From positions 5,979 to 69,978 of the forward strand of contig CAJWMY010000003.1 of NCBI GenBank assembly GCA_913044165.1: a stretch of DNA of 64,000 bases. The letters are read 5' to 3'. Below are positions 1-10,828 of the stretch, one piece after another. The position numbers and the translations under genes are program-made. Every line of letters begins with the position of its first letter. Position 1 is the first letter of the stretch. Below the pieces are notes generated by a model, which was not told the origin of the DNA, searched no databases, and worked only from the letters and a program-made list of their open reading frames with translations. The DNA comes from an uncultured Puniceicoccaceae bacterium (GTDB lineage: Bacteria > Verrucomicrobiota > Verrucomicrobiia > Opitutales > Coraliomargaritaceae).

Positions 1-475
1 TTGCGTTAGCTGCTGATGGGTTTAGCCCAACTGCAAAATCATAACCTATAGGTAAATCAGTCGACCATTGATTTGAGAGCTCAAAAATATTATCTTCATT
101 TTTAAACCCTACTATACTTGGAATTTCCCCACCATACGATGTGACTGCTGGGTCTGCGTCGATAAACCAGATGCTGGCGTCACTTAAGCCGGCATTTTTA
201 GCAAAAAACTCAACCACACCGTAGATACTATCACCGCTTTGAGTATTTTCTAATTTAGACTGGTTGATCGTTTTGACGCGAGATCCACCTTGTGAATAAT
301 TAATGTATGCTTGTCCAATCGCTCGGAGATTAGACGCAGATTTAAGTTTTTGGGCATTTTCTCTAACGCCACCAACTGTGGGTATTAATATACCAGCAAG
401 TAAGCCTATAATAGCAATAACAGTGAGTAGCTCAATTAAAGTAAATCCAAATTGTTTTCGCTTAATTTTTTTCAT
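1..475 (-). CDS. prepilin-type N-terminal cleavage/methylation domain protein (type II secretion / type IV pilin-like pseudopilin); C-terminal part lies outside the window
   Basis: Not in the ORF track because it runs off the window. Own translation from ATG at 475-473: MKKIKRKQFGFTLIELLTVIAIIGLLAGILIPTVGGVRENAQKLKSASNLRAIGQAY... 'GFTLIELL' followed by a hydrophobic helix is the classic prepilin peptidase processing site. Confidence 0.8.
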   Translation of the reverse strand, partial: MKKIKRKQFGFTLIELLTVIAIIGLLAGILIPTVGGVRENAQKLKSASNLRAIGQAYINYSQGGSRVKTINQSKLENTQSGDSIYGVVEFFAKNAGLSDASIWFIDADPAVTSYGGEIPSIVGFKNEDNIFELSNQWSTDLPIGYDFAVGLNPSAANA

Positions 476-532
476 AATTTAGTAAATTTAATGCAATATA
501 ATGTATCAAAGTAATCAATTGCAAAGATATAA

Positions 533-1789
533 TTAATATGGCAACGGATATTTTTCACATAAGGCTAAAGCAATGGACTTTGCCTCATTATAATCGGCAT
601 CTTCGGTTGCATTATCTAAAATTAAGTTAATTGCTTTAGCTATTAATAGCATATCATCTTCCATAAACCCCCTGCTTGTTACCGCAGGAGTTCCTATTCT
701 GATTCCGCTTGTTTGAAACGGACTTCGTGTATCACCTGGAACAGTATTTTTATTTGTAGTTATATGAGCTTTATCTAATGCTATTTGCGCTATTTTGCCA
801 GTTAGTTCAGGATATTTCTTTCTTAAATCGATCATAAATAAATGGTTTTCTGTTTTGCCACTGACAATATGATGTCCTTCTTTGATTAAGGCATTGGCAA
901 GTACATTTGCATTTTTAACTACTTGTTTTTGATATTTTTTAAATGATTCTGTAGTTGCTTCTTTAAAGCAGGTTGCTTTTGCAGCAATAACATGCATGAG
1001 AGGGCCTCCTTGGGTTCCAGGAAATACTGCAGAATCAATCTTTTTGGCATGTTCTGCTTTACATAGAATCAAGCCACCTCTTGGTCCTCTTAAAGTTTTA
1101 TGGGTTGTTGTTGTTACAAAATCTGCGTATGGAACAGGCGAAGGATGAACACCAGCAGCCACTAATCCAGCAATATGAGCAATGTCTGCTAATAAGTAGG
1201 CCCCAACAGATTTAGCTATACTGGACATTCGCTCAAAATCAATAACTCTTGAATAAGCAGATGCTCCTACAGTAATCATTTTTGGTTGTTCTTGTTTTGC
1301 AGATTTAGCAATAGAATCGTAGTCAATTAATCCATTTTCAATTGAAACACCGTAATGAACTACATCGTGATAGATACCGCTAAAGTTCATTGGATGTCCG
1401 TGGGTAAGATGTCCGCCGTCAGAAAGGTTCATGGTTAAGATTTTATCACCTGGTTTTAGTACAGATAGGTAAACAGCCGCATTTGCCTGGCTACCAGCAT
1501 GAGGTTGAACATTAGCATGATCGGCTCCAAATAGAATTTTAGCTCGATTAATGGCAATCTCTTCTATTGAATCTACAAATTCGCATCCGCCATAGTAACG
1601 TTTCCCAGGATAGCCTTCTGCATACTTATTGGTTAGGATACTTCCTTGTGCTTCCATGATTGCAGGGTAAGTAAAATTCTCTGAAGCAATTAGTTCAATA
1701 TGTGATTGTTGCCTTTTTTTCTCCCTAATTATTAATTTTGCAATATCGGGGTCTAACTGATCCAAGGATGTTTCTCTGAGTGGATTCAT
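533..1789 (-). CDS. glyA: serine hydroxymethyltransferase
   Basis: 418 aa. Motifs '[10 protein letters not shown]' and the PLP-lysine motif '[14 protein letters not shown]'. Full-length SHMT architecture. Confidence 0.97.
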   Translation of the reverse strand: MNPLRETSLDQLDPDIAKLIIREKKRQQSHIELIASENFTYPAIMEAQGSILTNKYAEGYPGKRYYGGCEFVDSIEEIAINRAKILFGADHANVQPHAGSQANAAVYLSVLKPGDKILTMNLSDGGHLTHGHPMNFSGIYHDVVHYGVSIENGLIDYDSIAKSAKQEQPKMITVGASAYSRVIDFERMSSIAKSVGAYLLADIAHIAGLVAAGVHPSPVPYADFVTTTTHKTLRGPRGGLILCKAEHAKKIDSAVFPGTQGGPLMHVIAAKATCFKEATTESFKKYQKQVVKNANVLANALIKEGHHIVSGKTENHLFMIDLRKKYPELTGKIAQIALDKAHITTNKNTVPGDTRSPFQTSGIRIGTPAVTSRGFMEDDMLLIAKAINLILDNATEDADYNEAKSIALALCEKYPLPY

Positions 1790-1876
1790 GATGATTAATT
1801 ATGATATAAGACGTCGTTTGTTGTATGTAATTAAATACTTTAATTATGCTTTTATTAAGATGGATAATAGGTAAGA

Positions 1877-3427
1877 CTAAAAAGGCCAGCTCCAAGGATT
1901 TTTTATAGGTTTAATAAATTGAGAATTTAGATTAAGGATAGTGGAATCATTAATGCTTTTCTTTTTTTCAGTACTATCTCTAGAAGCGATTGAAAGAGGA
2001 TCCTTTGTCAATTGATTTAGGTTAATTTTTGCTAGAAATTCGGCATCTTTTCTTTTTGATTTGATCGATTCATTTAAAGGGTTGTCGCTCCAAATAGGCC
2101 ACCACCAAGGGTTGGGGTTTTCTGCCAAAATTGGGTGTAATTCTGATTGAGAAGAAAATAAAGAGGCTGTTTGCTTTAAACCAGATAAAGGAACTTGTTC
2201 CAATAATTTTTCAGCATATATTGCATTAAAGTTAAGGTTATGGAGCTTACTTCTATTTAGTGGGGCTGTTCTTAGAACTTTTGACGGATAAGCATCAAGT
2301 GGGCGCGTTGCTTCATAAACAAGAAAAATAAAGCCACTACCAACAGATCTGAATTGCATTCGAATTCCTGCTCCTAAATTGAGCAAGGTATTTTTGGCTG
2401 AAGGATACCAAGTCCCTCTTGTCCTTTTGTTTGAATTTAACTGAACCCCTCCAAACCTACCAAATTGAATAATATCAAATGTCTTGGAGTCTCTATCCCC
2501 CATTAAAATCCAATCTCCACGATAAAATTTTAGTAGCTCTTTTTGGGAAAAATGGTTTAGTTTTATTATTGATTTTGAATCAACTAAATCCTTATGTTTT
2601 TCCCAGTAAATTTTATCTTTGGATTTTAAATTAGAAGAAATTAATCTAAATCCTTGTTTTTTATCTGTGATAATTTCTCCTGACTTAAAATCATATAATT
2701 TAACAAAATTAGGCGTTGTATTATCTAAAATACTATAACTACCATCTTCCCATGTAATGTGAAGCTGTTTTCCGTGTTTAGACCATTCTCCATATAAAAT
2801 TATTGTATCACTAGTGTTTGTTGACTGGGATTTTAGGCTGAACACTTTGCGATTATTCTGGATTTCGATAAGTTCATTTTTTTCCTGATTAGTGATTTTC
2901 CATAAACCGAAATAGGTAGAAGGCATATTGAATGTTCTCGGTGGTTCATAGTTAGGAGGAAGAGACCAGGTACCTAGCATTGAAGCATCTATTTTTTTAA
3001 TCATTGAAGTAGCTTCATTGGTTAAATCACCTATATCGTTATTTGTTGGCAAAAGGTGAATCTGTTTATTACTAAGATCAAAAGTCAAATCATAAGATAA
3101 TAGATTCAAAATATACATCACGCCGTTTTGATCAATATTCCAAAAGCTTGAATAAACATTTGCGTTATTTCCATCTTTATAAAAGTAATGTGCAATTTGA
3201 TTTCGCTTAATTACTAGGTAAAAAGGTTTATTTTGTATTTGAATTAGCCAAGTTCCCTTATAGTCATCGAAATCAAATTTTGGGTTACTCGATTTAGTAT
3301 TTAAATTCTCTTCTAGTTCGTTAATTTCTGCATTAATGAAATTAAAATTGGGCCATAAACAAAAAGAAAATAAACCCAAAATTAAAAACGAAATAATACG
3401 CATTCTTATATTTTGTAGAAATATCAT
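1877..3427 (-). CDS. hypothetical secreted protein with three GxW-type beta-rich modules and a Trp-rich C-terminus
   Basis: 516 aa. Hydrophobic N-terminus (IISFLILGLFSFCLW). Three similar modules start at 'YKGTWLIQIQ', 'YFGLWKITNQ' and 'YRGDWILMGD'. Duplicated 'NPWWWPIW' / 'NPWSWPF' motifs, the second at the extreme C-terminus. I recognise no family. Confidence 0.6.
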   Translation of the reverse strand: MIFLQNIRMRIISFLILGLFSFCLWPNFNFINAEINELEENLNTKSSNPKFDFDDYKGTWLIQIQNKPFYLVIKRNQIAHYFYKDGNNANVYSSFWNIDQNGVMYILNLLSYDLTFDLSNKQIHLLPTNNDIGDLTNEATSMIKKIDASMLGTWSLPPNYEPPRTFNMPSTYFGLWKITNQEKNELIEIQNNRKVFSLKSQSTNTSDTIILYGEWSKHGKQLHITWEDGSYSILDNTTPNFVKLYDFKSGEIITDKKQGFRLISSNLKSKDKIYWEKHKDLVDSKSIIKLNHFSQKELLKFYRGDWILMGDRDSKTFDIIQFGRFGGVQLNSNKRTRGTWYPSAKNTLLNLGAGIRMQFRSVGSGFIFLVYEATRPLDAYPSKVLRTAPLNRSKLHNLNFNAIYAEKLLEQVPLSGLKQTASLFSSQSELHPILAENPNPWWWPIWSDNPLNESIKSKRKDAEFLAKINLNQLTKDPLSIASRDSTEKKKSINDSTILNLNSQFIKPIKNPWSWPF

Positions 3428-3532
3428 TTTATTATTTTAGGCGATAAAGTTATTCTCTTAGAAAGCTTTTTTACAAGGATTATTATTTCTTATATTGGTA
3501 GCTAATGATCCTGAGATGTTAGTGTAAAGTAA

Positions 3533-4699
3533 TTAGTTATAAATTAAATATTTTTGAACCATATTTTTAAAATTATTTTGCTTAATTTCCCATTCTTTTA
3601 AGAATTTATTAATTCTAGGAGGTTCAAGATTTTGAGTTAACTCTCTCCACCAATCAGAGCTTCCAACATGTTTATTAAATAGAGCAGAACGCTTACTCTT
3701 GATGAATGGATTTTCTTGTTGAATTCTCCAATCAAAATGCATCATACAAAAACTCAGTTCTGTTGGTCTTAATTTTTTCCAATTTTCAATAATCACATAT
3801 ACTCCATTAACGTACGACCCTTTATGATTTTTGCTTCTAGCGATTTTAAAATTAAGTCCATTAATATTATACTGCTTTAGTTGCCCTAATAGTTGCTCTG
3901 GGCTAAGTAATTTATGGCTAAGAAATCGGAAAGGGTATTCTGTTCCAATTCCATGCCTAAAACCTCCTTCTTGAGCGCCTAAGCCTGTCATAGCATAGCC
4001 TAATACGGCGGCAAAGCTAGGTATATTGGGGGAAGTTGGTATCCAATTAAGCTTTGTGTCTTTCCATAGCATCCAACGTTTCCAACCTTTCATGGGTATT
4101 ACAGTAAGCTTCCCGTCTCTTCTAGTATTTGGTTCTATTGACATCCAATCGGGCATTTTTTTTGCTAGAATAGCAAGCTCCCCAATAGTTAATCCATGAA
4201 CGTAAGGAATGGGGAAGGCGCCGACGTAACTTTTCCATTTTTTTTCAAGAATAGGACCATCAATCTTTAGCCCACCTAATGGGTTTGGACGGTCTAATAC
4301 GATCACTTCTACCTCATTCTGAAAGCAAGCCTCCATTGCGTATAGCATACAACTAATATAGGTATAGGATCTAACCCCTATATCTTGTAAATCAATTACC
4401 AATACATCTATATTTGAAAGCATGTTTAATTGCGGCTTTCTATAAGAACCATATAATGAGTAAATTGGCAGTCCGGTTTTTAGATCCAAACGATTTTCTA
4501 CAGGTTGATTAGCTTTTTCATTGCCGTAAATCCCGTGCTCTGGACCAAATAATGCGACACATTCAATAGAGGGGTTTTGAGTTAAAATAGAAATAGTAGG
4601 AATACCTTTTTGATTGACTCCCGCAGGGTGTGTTAAGAGGCCGACTTTCTTGCCTTTAAGCATAGAAAAATCTTTCGCTTCTAAGACATCAATTCCCAA
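3533..4699 (-). CDS. DUF1343 family protein (exo-beta-N-acetylmuramidase NamZ-like); the true start may lie upstream, near 4801
   Basis: 388 aa from a TTG start. Length and motifs ('GLLTHPAGVN', 'LFGPEHGIYG', 'VIDLQDIGVRSYTY', 'VLDRPNP') fit DUF1343. The in-frame upstream sequence encodes a signal-peptide-like stretch (see findings). Confidence 0.75.
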   Translation of the reverse strand: MGIDVLEAKDFSMLKGKKVGLLTHPAGVNQKGIPTISILTQNPSIECVALFGPEHGIYGNEKANQPVENRLDLKTGLPIYSLYGSYRKPQLNMLSNIDVLVIDLQDIGVRSYTYISCMLYAMEACFQNEVEVIVLDRPNPLGGLKIDGPILEKKWKSYVGAFPIPYVHGLTIGELAILAKKMPDWMSIEPNTRRDGKLTVIPMKGWKRWMLWKDTKLNWIPTSPNIPSFAAVLGYAMTGLGAQEGGFRHGIGTEYPFRFLSHKLLSPEQLLGQLKQYNINGLNFKIARSKNHKGSYVNGVYVIIENWKKLRPTELSFCMMHFDWRIQQENPFIKSKRSALFNKHVGSSDWWRELTQNLEPPRINKFLKEWEIKQNNFKNMVQKYLIYN

Positions 4700-4852
4700 A
4701 AGAACAGGTTCATTTTTAGAATTTGCAAAGGTCTGGGAGGAGTTATTAAAAATACTTAAAAAAACTAATAAGAGTAAGTTGGTTTTTAATAAGTTTTTAA
4801 TAACTATAATAGGGCTTAAATTATAATTTTTTATGCTAGAATTTATTTGGTG

Positions 4853-6595
4853 TTAATTTTTTAATTGGTTAATTTCAAAGTACTCAATATGAAATTCTTG
4901 ATTTGCAAAAAAGGATAGACGGGCACCATAGTTCCTTTCAATATCTAGTAATATCTGAGCATCTTCCTTTAATCGTTTTAAGCAATCCGGATGTAAGCTC
5001 ACTTTGAGATGGATTTCGTCTTCTATCCCCTCCCTATTCCGTATTTCTTTTAGTTCGATTAATAAGCGTCTTTGCACATCGATGGTCACCGTCCGTATTG
5101 ACTTAATTTTCCCACATCCATCGCAATATGGACAACACATAAAGAGATTACTTGCGTGACTTTCGGAATGGCGTTGACGAGTCATTTGCATAATCCCAAA
5201 ATTTGATATTTGTAGAAGGTGAGTTTTGGCTCTATCATTTAATACTTCTCGCTTCATTTTTTGGTACACTGTATTTCTGTCTCGTTTCGCTTTCATATCA
5301 ATGAAGTCAACGATAATTAATCCCCCAATATTCCGTAGACGAATTTGTCGAGCTATTTCTGTAGCGGCTTCAATATTTACTGCTAAAATGAAATTCTTTC
5401 CATCTTTTTCATTATTTCTATGTGATCCAGTATTTACATCAATAGAGATTAAGGCCTCGGTTTCCTCAATTACAATTTCACCACCTGAAGGTAAAGGTAC
5501 ATTTCTTCTGTAGGTTTGCTCTATTTGCTCTTCAACCTTGTATTGGTCAAAAATAGATTTTTCGTCTTTGTAGTGAAAGACTTTGGACTTGGATCGTGGT
5601 GATATTTTATTAACTTCATTGATCACAGTATCGTATGACTCTATATTATCGACTATGATCCGATCAACATTTTCAGTTAAGAAATCTCTGACTGTTCGAC
5701 CTATAAGATTAGGTTCTACATAAACACAAGATGGTAATTTCGATTTTTTTATACGGTCGCTAATTCCTTGCCATTGTTTTTTTAGTATTTCAAGATCCCT
5801 TACAAAGTATCGAAGTTTTTTACCCTCTCCAGCTGTTCGTATTATCACTCCCATTCCCTCTGGAAGAGAGATGTTTTTTAAGATTTTTCTTAATCTATTA
5901 CGTTCGATCTTATCTTCAATTTTTCTTGAAATCCCAAGCGTTCCTCCATGCGGATTTAAGACTAAAAAGCGTCCAGGCAGGGAAATGTTTGTTGTAACCC
6001 TTGGACCTTTGTTTCCAATTTGTCCTTTAGTGATTTGCACTAAAATCTCACTATCAATTGGATAAATATCCGGAATATTTTTTAATGATAGTTTCTCCCT
6101 ATTTAATTGTTTTTTAGATTTATTGTTCTTAACAATTTCAATCGACGTGTCATTAGCAGAAGGTAAGATATCCCAGTAATGAAGAAAAGCATTTTTCTCT
6201 TGGCCAATATCAACAAAAGCGGCTTTCAATCCAGGTTCTAGGTTTTGGATTTTACCTCTAAAAATAGCGCCGACTTCATGTCGATCTCCTTTTCTTTCTA
6301 TATTAAATTTTTCAAGAATGCCATTTTTAAGCAAAGCCATTCTTTTTTCAACCGAGCCCGAGTTAAATATGAGCTCAGAAAAAGGCTCTCCATTATTACT
6401 AAAAGTTTTTTTCAGTTTTTGAATTAAGGGCAATTTTCGAGAGCGATTCCCGGCTTCCTTCTTTATTGATTTTGCATCAATTTGGATTGGCGGATAGGAA
6501 TCTTGATTCGATTGAATAGTAGATTCAATTTTAGATAATTGAGGATGAGATTTTTTATCTTTGTTTGTATAAAGTGTATTGTTTTTGTTTTGCAT
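4853..6595 (-). CDS. rng: ribonuclease E/G family endoribonuclease (RNase G-like)
   Basis: 580 aa. S1 domain '[23 protein letters not shown]'. Catalytic core 'ISIDVNTG'. Zn-link-like '[12 protein letters not shown]'. About 75 aa of K/S/N-rich N-terminal extension. Confidence 0.85.
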   Translation of the reverse strand: MQNKNNTLYTNKDKKSHPQLSKIESTIQSNQDSYPPIQIDAKSIKKEAGNRSRKLPLIQKLKKTFSNNGEPFSELIFNSGSVEKRMALLKNGILEKFNIERKGDRHEVGAIFRGKIQNLEPGLKAAFVDIGQEKNAFLHYWDILPSANDTSIEIVKNNKSKKQLNREKLSLKNIPDIYPIDSEILVQITKGQIGNKGPRVTTNISLPGRFLVLNPHGGTLGISRKIEDKIERNRLRKILKNISLPEGMGVIIRTAGEGKKLRYFVRDLEILKKQWQGISDRIKKSKLPSCVYVEPNLIGRTVRDFLTENVDRIIVDNIESYDTVINEVNKISPRSKSKVFHYKDEKSIFDQYKVEEQIEQTYRRNVPLPSGGEIVIEETEALISIDVNTGSHRNNEKDGKNFILAVNIEAATEIARQIRLRNIGGLIIVDFIDMKAKRDRNTVYQKMKREVLNDRAKTHLLQISNFGIMQMTRQRHSESHASNLFMCCPYCDGCGKIKSIRTVTIDVQRRLLIELKEIRNREGIEDEIHLKVSLHPDCLKRLKEDAQILLDIERNYGARLSFFANQEFHIEYFEINQLKN

Positions 6596-6656
6596 TTGAG
6601 GATCTTTATTTTGTGAGACCCTTTTGTTTGATTTTGCTATTTATTCTATATACTGC

Positions 6657-7904
6657 TCATGAAAAATCTTTACGAAATCGATAGATGCTTTGGACTAATC
6701 CTTGAAGAATAAAACAACTTAAGACAAAAGAGCCTCCGTAACTTAAAAAAGGAAGCGGTAATCCTGTAATGGGGGTTATTCCAATAGCCATTCCAATATT
6801 TATGAAAAAGTGAACTATAAATAGGACACTAATTCCAATTGCTAATTGCGCACCAAAGCTGTCTCTAGCCATGCTAGAAATTCGAATACCATTAGCAATT
6901 ATTAGACTGAATAAACCTATTACAAAGGCGCTTCCTATAAAACCAGTTTCCTCTGCTAGAACAGAGAAAATGAAATCGTTGTGAGCTACTGCTTTGGGCA
7001 GATAGCCTAATTGGGCCTGAGTTCCTTTAAGAAACCCTTTCCCGGTTAATCCGCCAGTCGCAGTGGAAATCTTTGCTTGATTAGCATTCCAACTTGCGCC
7101 AGTTCCCGAAGGATCTACGACTTTTGGAGCAATAAAAGTCAAAATTCTATTCCTTTGATAATTGTGTAAGGGTAACAAAGAATTATAATCAGAATTTTTA
7201 AAAACTATTTCACTTGAATTTTTAACTAAGGCCAAGTGGCGACTATAGTGAAAGATATCTATACTGAGTACGCTCAAGGCAACAACAAACATAATGAATG
7301 CCGAAACAAAGAATTTCTTAGATAAATTTGAAACGTATAGTAATGAAAAAATCATTGGAGGGAAGACTAGGGTGGATCCCAAATCAGGTTGAATAAAAAT
7401 CAATAATGTGGGAAATGCTACAATCAATAGTATTTTAAATAAAACTACAAGTGATTCCTTTATGTTTTCTAAATTAGATCTTGCAAGCAAACTTGCTGAC
7501 ATAATTAAAGTTCCTATTTTAGCTAATTCCGTAGGTTGTACGCTTGTAATTCCTAGATTAACCCAACGTCTAGCACCCATCATCTCAACACTCAATGGAC
7601 TTAATGGTGTTGCTAGTAGCAGGCCTAATAAACCTAAAAAGTAAACAAAGTGGGCATAGCGAAGAACAATTTTATAATTTATTCGAGAAATAAAAACATA
7701 TACGATTATTCCCATAAAAACCCAAATTATTTGTTTTTTCCAATCGGAATCACTGATGGTAGACTGGGCGGAAAAAATAAATAATATCCCAATAAGGGAT
7801 AATAAAAGAATGGATATCGGAGATATCCAATCTAAATTTAGGCTTAGATTTTCATTTATAAAGCGTAAACTTTTCTTTCTACGTATATTCCTTTTAAAGT
7901 TCAT
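6657..7904 (-). CDS. rodA: SEDS-family peptidoglycan glycosyltransferase (FtsW/RodA/SpoVE), probably RodA
   Basis: 415 aa, polytopic. Motifs 'GARRWVNLG', 'VQPTELAKI', '[12 protein letters not shown]' and '[13 protein letters not shown]'. It is not in a dcw (mur/fts) cluster, so RodA is favoured over FtsW; that choice is inference. Confidence 0.8.
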   Translation of the reverse strand: MNFKRNIRRKKSLRFINENLSLNLDWISPISILLLSLIGILFIFSAQSTISDSDWKKQIIWVFMGIIVYVFISRINYKIVLRYAHFVYFLGLLGLLLATPLSPLSVEMMGARRWVNLGITSVQPTELAKIGTLIMSASLLARSNLENIKESLVVLFKILLIVAFPTLLIFIQPDLGSTLVFPPMIFSLLYVSNLSKKFFVSAFIMFVVALSVLSIDIFHYSRHLALVKNSSEIVFKNSDYNSLLPLHNYQRNRILTFIAPKVVDPSGTGASWNANQAKISTATGGLTGKGFLKGTQAQLGYLPKAVAHNDFIFSVLAEETGFIGSAFVIGLFSLIIANGIRISSMARDSFGAQLAIGISVLFIVHFFINIGMAIGITPITGLPLPFLSYGGSFVLSCFILQGLVQSIYRFRKDFS

Positions 7905-7933
7905 TTAAAAAATCCTTACATCTCAAGGTATCT

Positions 7934-8398
7934 TTAATTTACATCGCCTAGATAGCAATCTTCTAATTTATTGGAATCCTTTTTTAGCATTTTTTTTAGA
8001 AGTCTTGGTAGAATAAAATAAGATTCTAAATCACTTAAATTGATCCACCTAACCCCCACTTGGTTCTTGTCAGTAGATGACCCTTTTCCTAATTCGGATA
8101 AGTCGCTAGTAATTGAACAATGAAAAACATGTTCAATTTGGTGAAAATTCCTATGGGATTCATTAAATGTATGATTTTTCCCAATATATTCGCGTGAGTA
8201 GCAAAGCTTTCCTACAGAAATTTTAGCGCCCAATTCTTCTTCGCATTCTCGTTTTGCAGTTTCTATTAGTGTTTCCCCGTGTAATTGTCCTCCACCTGGC
8301 AAAATATAAAAAGCCCCTTTATTGTTTTTCATTTCAATAAACAAGACGCAATTATTTTGAATAATTAAGGCGCGAGCTGCAGATCTGATATGGTGCAT
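7934..8398 (-). CDS. NUDIX hydrolase
   Basis: 154 aa. Nudix box 'GGGQLHGETLIETAKRECEEELG' (GX5EX7REUXEEXGU). Confidence 0.85.
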   Translation of the reverse strand: MHHIRSAARALIIQNNCVLFIEMKNNKGAFYILPGGGQLHGETLIETAKRECEEELGAKISVGKLCYSREYIGKNHTFNESHRNFHQIEHVFHCSITSDLSELGKGSSTDKNQVGVRWINLSDLESYFILPRLLKKMLKKDSNKLEDCYLGDVN

Positions 8399-8494
8399 GG
8401 TTATTCAAGGAAAACCTATAGGTAAAATTAGTTTTCCTTTCAACTATTGAATTTAATTATTTAATAGCTATATTAATTAAATATAAATTTTAAT

Positions 8495-8842
8495 ATGACC
8501 TTCGATCAAAGAATAGAATATATCACTAGGGGAAGCGTACCCCTCCAGATTAGACTTAAGAAATATTTCAGAGTGCATCCCGAAGCTTTAGAGAAAGTAG
8601 TCGATCTGATCGATAATTCAGATATTTCATTAGGTGAGTACCTTCAGGGCTTAGAGTATTTAAGTCATTGGCTTAATGAAAAAGAGCGTTATTTAAAATT
8701 AATTGATAAACTAGAGTACCTTAGTTGTACTATTGAAGCCTTAGATCGAAAAGTATCAGATAATCATTGTTTTGTTGAAGGTCTAAAATTAATGCTGGAT
8801 CAATATGGATGTGAGCAAGCAACTACCATTCCGAAGTCTTAA
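8495..8842 (+). CDS. hypothetical protein
   Basis: 115-aa ORF in an otherwise empty gap, divergent from the NUDIX gene. No recognisable motif. Confidence 0.45.
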   Translation: MTFDQRIEYITRGSVPLQIRLKKYFRVHPEALEKVVDLIDNSDISLGEYLQGLEYLSHWLNEKERYLKLIDKLEYLSCTIEALDRKVSDNHCFVEGLKLMLDQYGCEQATTIPKS

Positions 8843-8987
8843 TCGTAATAAAAATAAATAGGCATGGGAAGGTTTTTATTTTGCGTTAATTACTTCTATC
8901 TATATCTCTTATATAAATTAGGTGTTTTTATATACCGCTTAGTACAATTCTGAATACTTTTTCACATTAGCAAGACAATCATCTAGT

Positions 8988-10340
8988 ATGAGCGAATCAA
9001 TTACAGCTACAAAATCCGCAGAGGAAATTTTAAAACTCATAGGAGCTAAAGAGTTAAAGTTAGCCTTAGAAAACATATTGGTATGGGTTGATCCAGAAAT
9101 TGCTGACTTGCTCGTACGCCTAAAGAAGGACGAACGAATACTAGTTTTTAGGGCCCTCCCACGAGAACGTGCAGCAGATGTTTTTTCTTATCTCGATTCA
9201 CAAGATCAAGATAGCCTATTAACTGAGCTAACAGATACGGATACTAGAACATTATTAGCTAATCTAAACCCCGATGATCGTACAACTCTCTTACAAGAAC
9301 TTCCTGCAACAGTTACTAGGAGGTTACTTCAACTTCTAAGTCCAGAGGATTTGATTGAAGTACGACAATTGCTTGGATACCCTGAGGAAAGTGTAGGACG
9401 CTTGATGACTCCGGATTATATTCGTATCCGGGCAGAATGGACAGTAGAGCAATCACTCTCTCATGTAAGAAAGTTTGGCAGAGATTCCGAAATCTTTAAT
9501 ATTCTTTATGTCACTGATAAAAGTGGAAAATTAATTGATAAAGTACGTATGCGTAGACTCATTTTGTCTAGCCCCACTCAAACGATACGAGAACTATTGA
9601 ATTATAACTGTATTTCAATTTCTGCATTTGATGACCGAGAAAATGCAGTGGAAATGATTAAAAAATATGATTTAAATGCTCTTCCGGTTGTTGATTCGGA
9701 AGGTGTGCTACTTGGAATCGTCACAGTTGACGATATTTTAGATGTTGCTGAAGAAGAGGCTACAGAAGATATCCAGTTAGGAGTCGCAGTTAATCCTTTG
9801 GAATCGAGTTATAGTTCTACCTTGCCATTTGAACTCTTCCAAAAACGAATTGGTTGGTTGTTGATTCTAATTTTAGTAAACCTTATATCTGCAGCTGTTA
9901 TTTCAAGCTACGAAGAACAATTACTTGAATACATCACATTAGCATTGTTCATGCCTTTGGTAATTGCGAGTGGAGGTAATAGTGGTGCACAATCAGCTAC
10001 ACTAATGGTTCGTGCAATTGCTACCGGAGACCTTAAAAGCTCGGATTGGATCCGTGCATTGACCAAGGAAGTTTTAGTTGGTGTCTTAATGGGTTTAGCA
10101 ATGGGAGGATTAGCATTTCTTGTTGGCTGGCTTTATGGTGGAGATACTAGCATCGCTCAGATTATAGGGCTAAGTATGCTTTTAATAGTTCTTGTGGCTA
10201 ATTTTTTTGGGGCACTACTGCCTTTTGTTTTGGAGCGAATTAATATTGACCCCGCAGTTTCAAGTAGTCCTTTGATAACATCTATAATGGATGTATTAGG
10301 ATTAATTATATATTTTTCTATAGCAGTGGTGTTGCTTTGA
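8988..10340 (+). CDS. mgtE: magnesium transporter MgtE
   Basis: 450 aa. Acidic N-domain, CBS pair ('[22 protein letters not shown]'), then a C-terminal TM domain with '[13 protein letters not shown]'. Confidence 0.93.
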   Translation: MSESITATKSAEEILKLIGAKELKLALENILVWVDPEIADLLVRLKKDERILVFRALPRERAADVFSYLDSQDQDSLLTELTDTDTRTLLANLNPDDRTTLLQELPATVTRRLLQLLSPEDLIEVRQLLGYPEESVGRLMTPDYIRIRAEWTVEQSLSHVRKFGRDSEIFNILYVTDKSGKLIDKVRMRRLILSSPTQTIRELLNYNCISISAFDDRENAVEMIKKYDLNALPVVDSEGVLLGIVTVDDILDVAEEEATEDIQLGVAVNPLESSYSSTLPFELFQKRIGWLLILILVNLISAAVISSYEEQLLEYITLALFMPLVIASGGNSGAQSATLMVRAIATGDLKSSDWIRALTKEVLVGVLMGLAMGGLAFLVGWLYGGDTSIAQIIGLSMLLIVLVANFFGALLPFVLERINIDPAVSSSPLITSIMDVLGLIIYFSIAVVLL

Positions 10341-10350
10341 TTGAGAATTT

Positions 10351-10716
10351 ATGAATGATTCAGATACACAGCTAAAAAAGCTTAAAGATCGTATATTGGA
10401 TTTCGCTAAAGCACGGGAATGGGAGCAATTTCATAGTCCAAAAAATCTGTCTATGGCTATTTCTGCCGAATCAGCAGAGCTCATGGAGCATTTTTTATGG
10501 CAAACTGCGGAATCTTCATTTAAGGAAGTCATGAATCAACCATTAAGGCAAAAGGTTACTGAGGAAATTGCTGATATTTTGATCTTTGCTATAGAATTTG
10601 CTAATGTGGCAGAGATTGATATTACAAATGCAATATTAGACAAAATGAATAAAAATGGACTTAAGTATCCAATAGAAAAGGCTAAAGGATCAAGTCGGAA
10701 GTATACAGAATTGTAA
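10351..10716 (+). CDS. MazG-like all-alpha nucleotide pyrophosphohydrolase
   Basis: 121 aa. 'REWEQFHSPKNLSMAISAESAELMEHFLW' and 'EEIADILIF' match the small MazG/dCTPase-like pattern. It starts 10 nt after the mgtE stop. Confidence 0.75.
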   Translation: MNDSDTQLKKLKDRILDFAKAREWEQFHSPKNLSMAISAESAELMEHFLWQTAESSFKEVMNQPLRQKVTEEIADILIFAIEFANVAEIDITNAILDKMNKNGLKYPIEKAKGSSRKYTEL

Positions 10717-10828
10717 AAAGTAAAAAAAATATTTTTTTTTGAACGTATTCAATGTAAGTGTGTCTAGCCTTATAACTAGACTTTTATAGTTCTTCCAAAA
10801 TTTTTACATTAGTTGTTTGTTTTTAATT

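Noticed and set aside
8843-8987. Possible M-box (Mg2+) riboswitch in the leader of mgtE.
   Set aside because: The 145-nt gap is almost pure A/T. I could find no multi-helix G/C-supported structure or conserved M-box-like core. It also looks too short for the roughly 160-nt aptamer plus an expression platform.
10722-10740. A8-TA-T9 palindromic tract right after the MazG-like stop, considered as a terminator.
   Set aside because: A pure A/T hairpin would be too unstable to act as an intrinsic terminator. It is more likely compositional.
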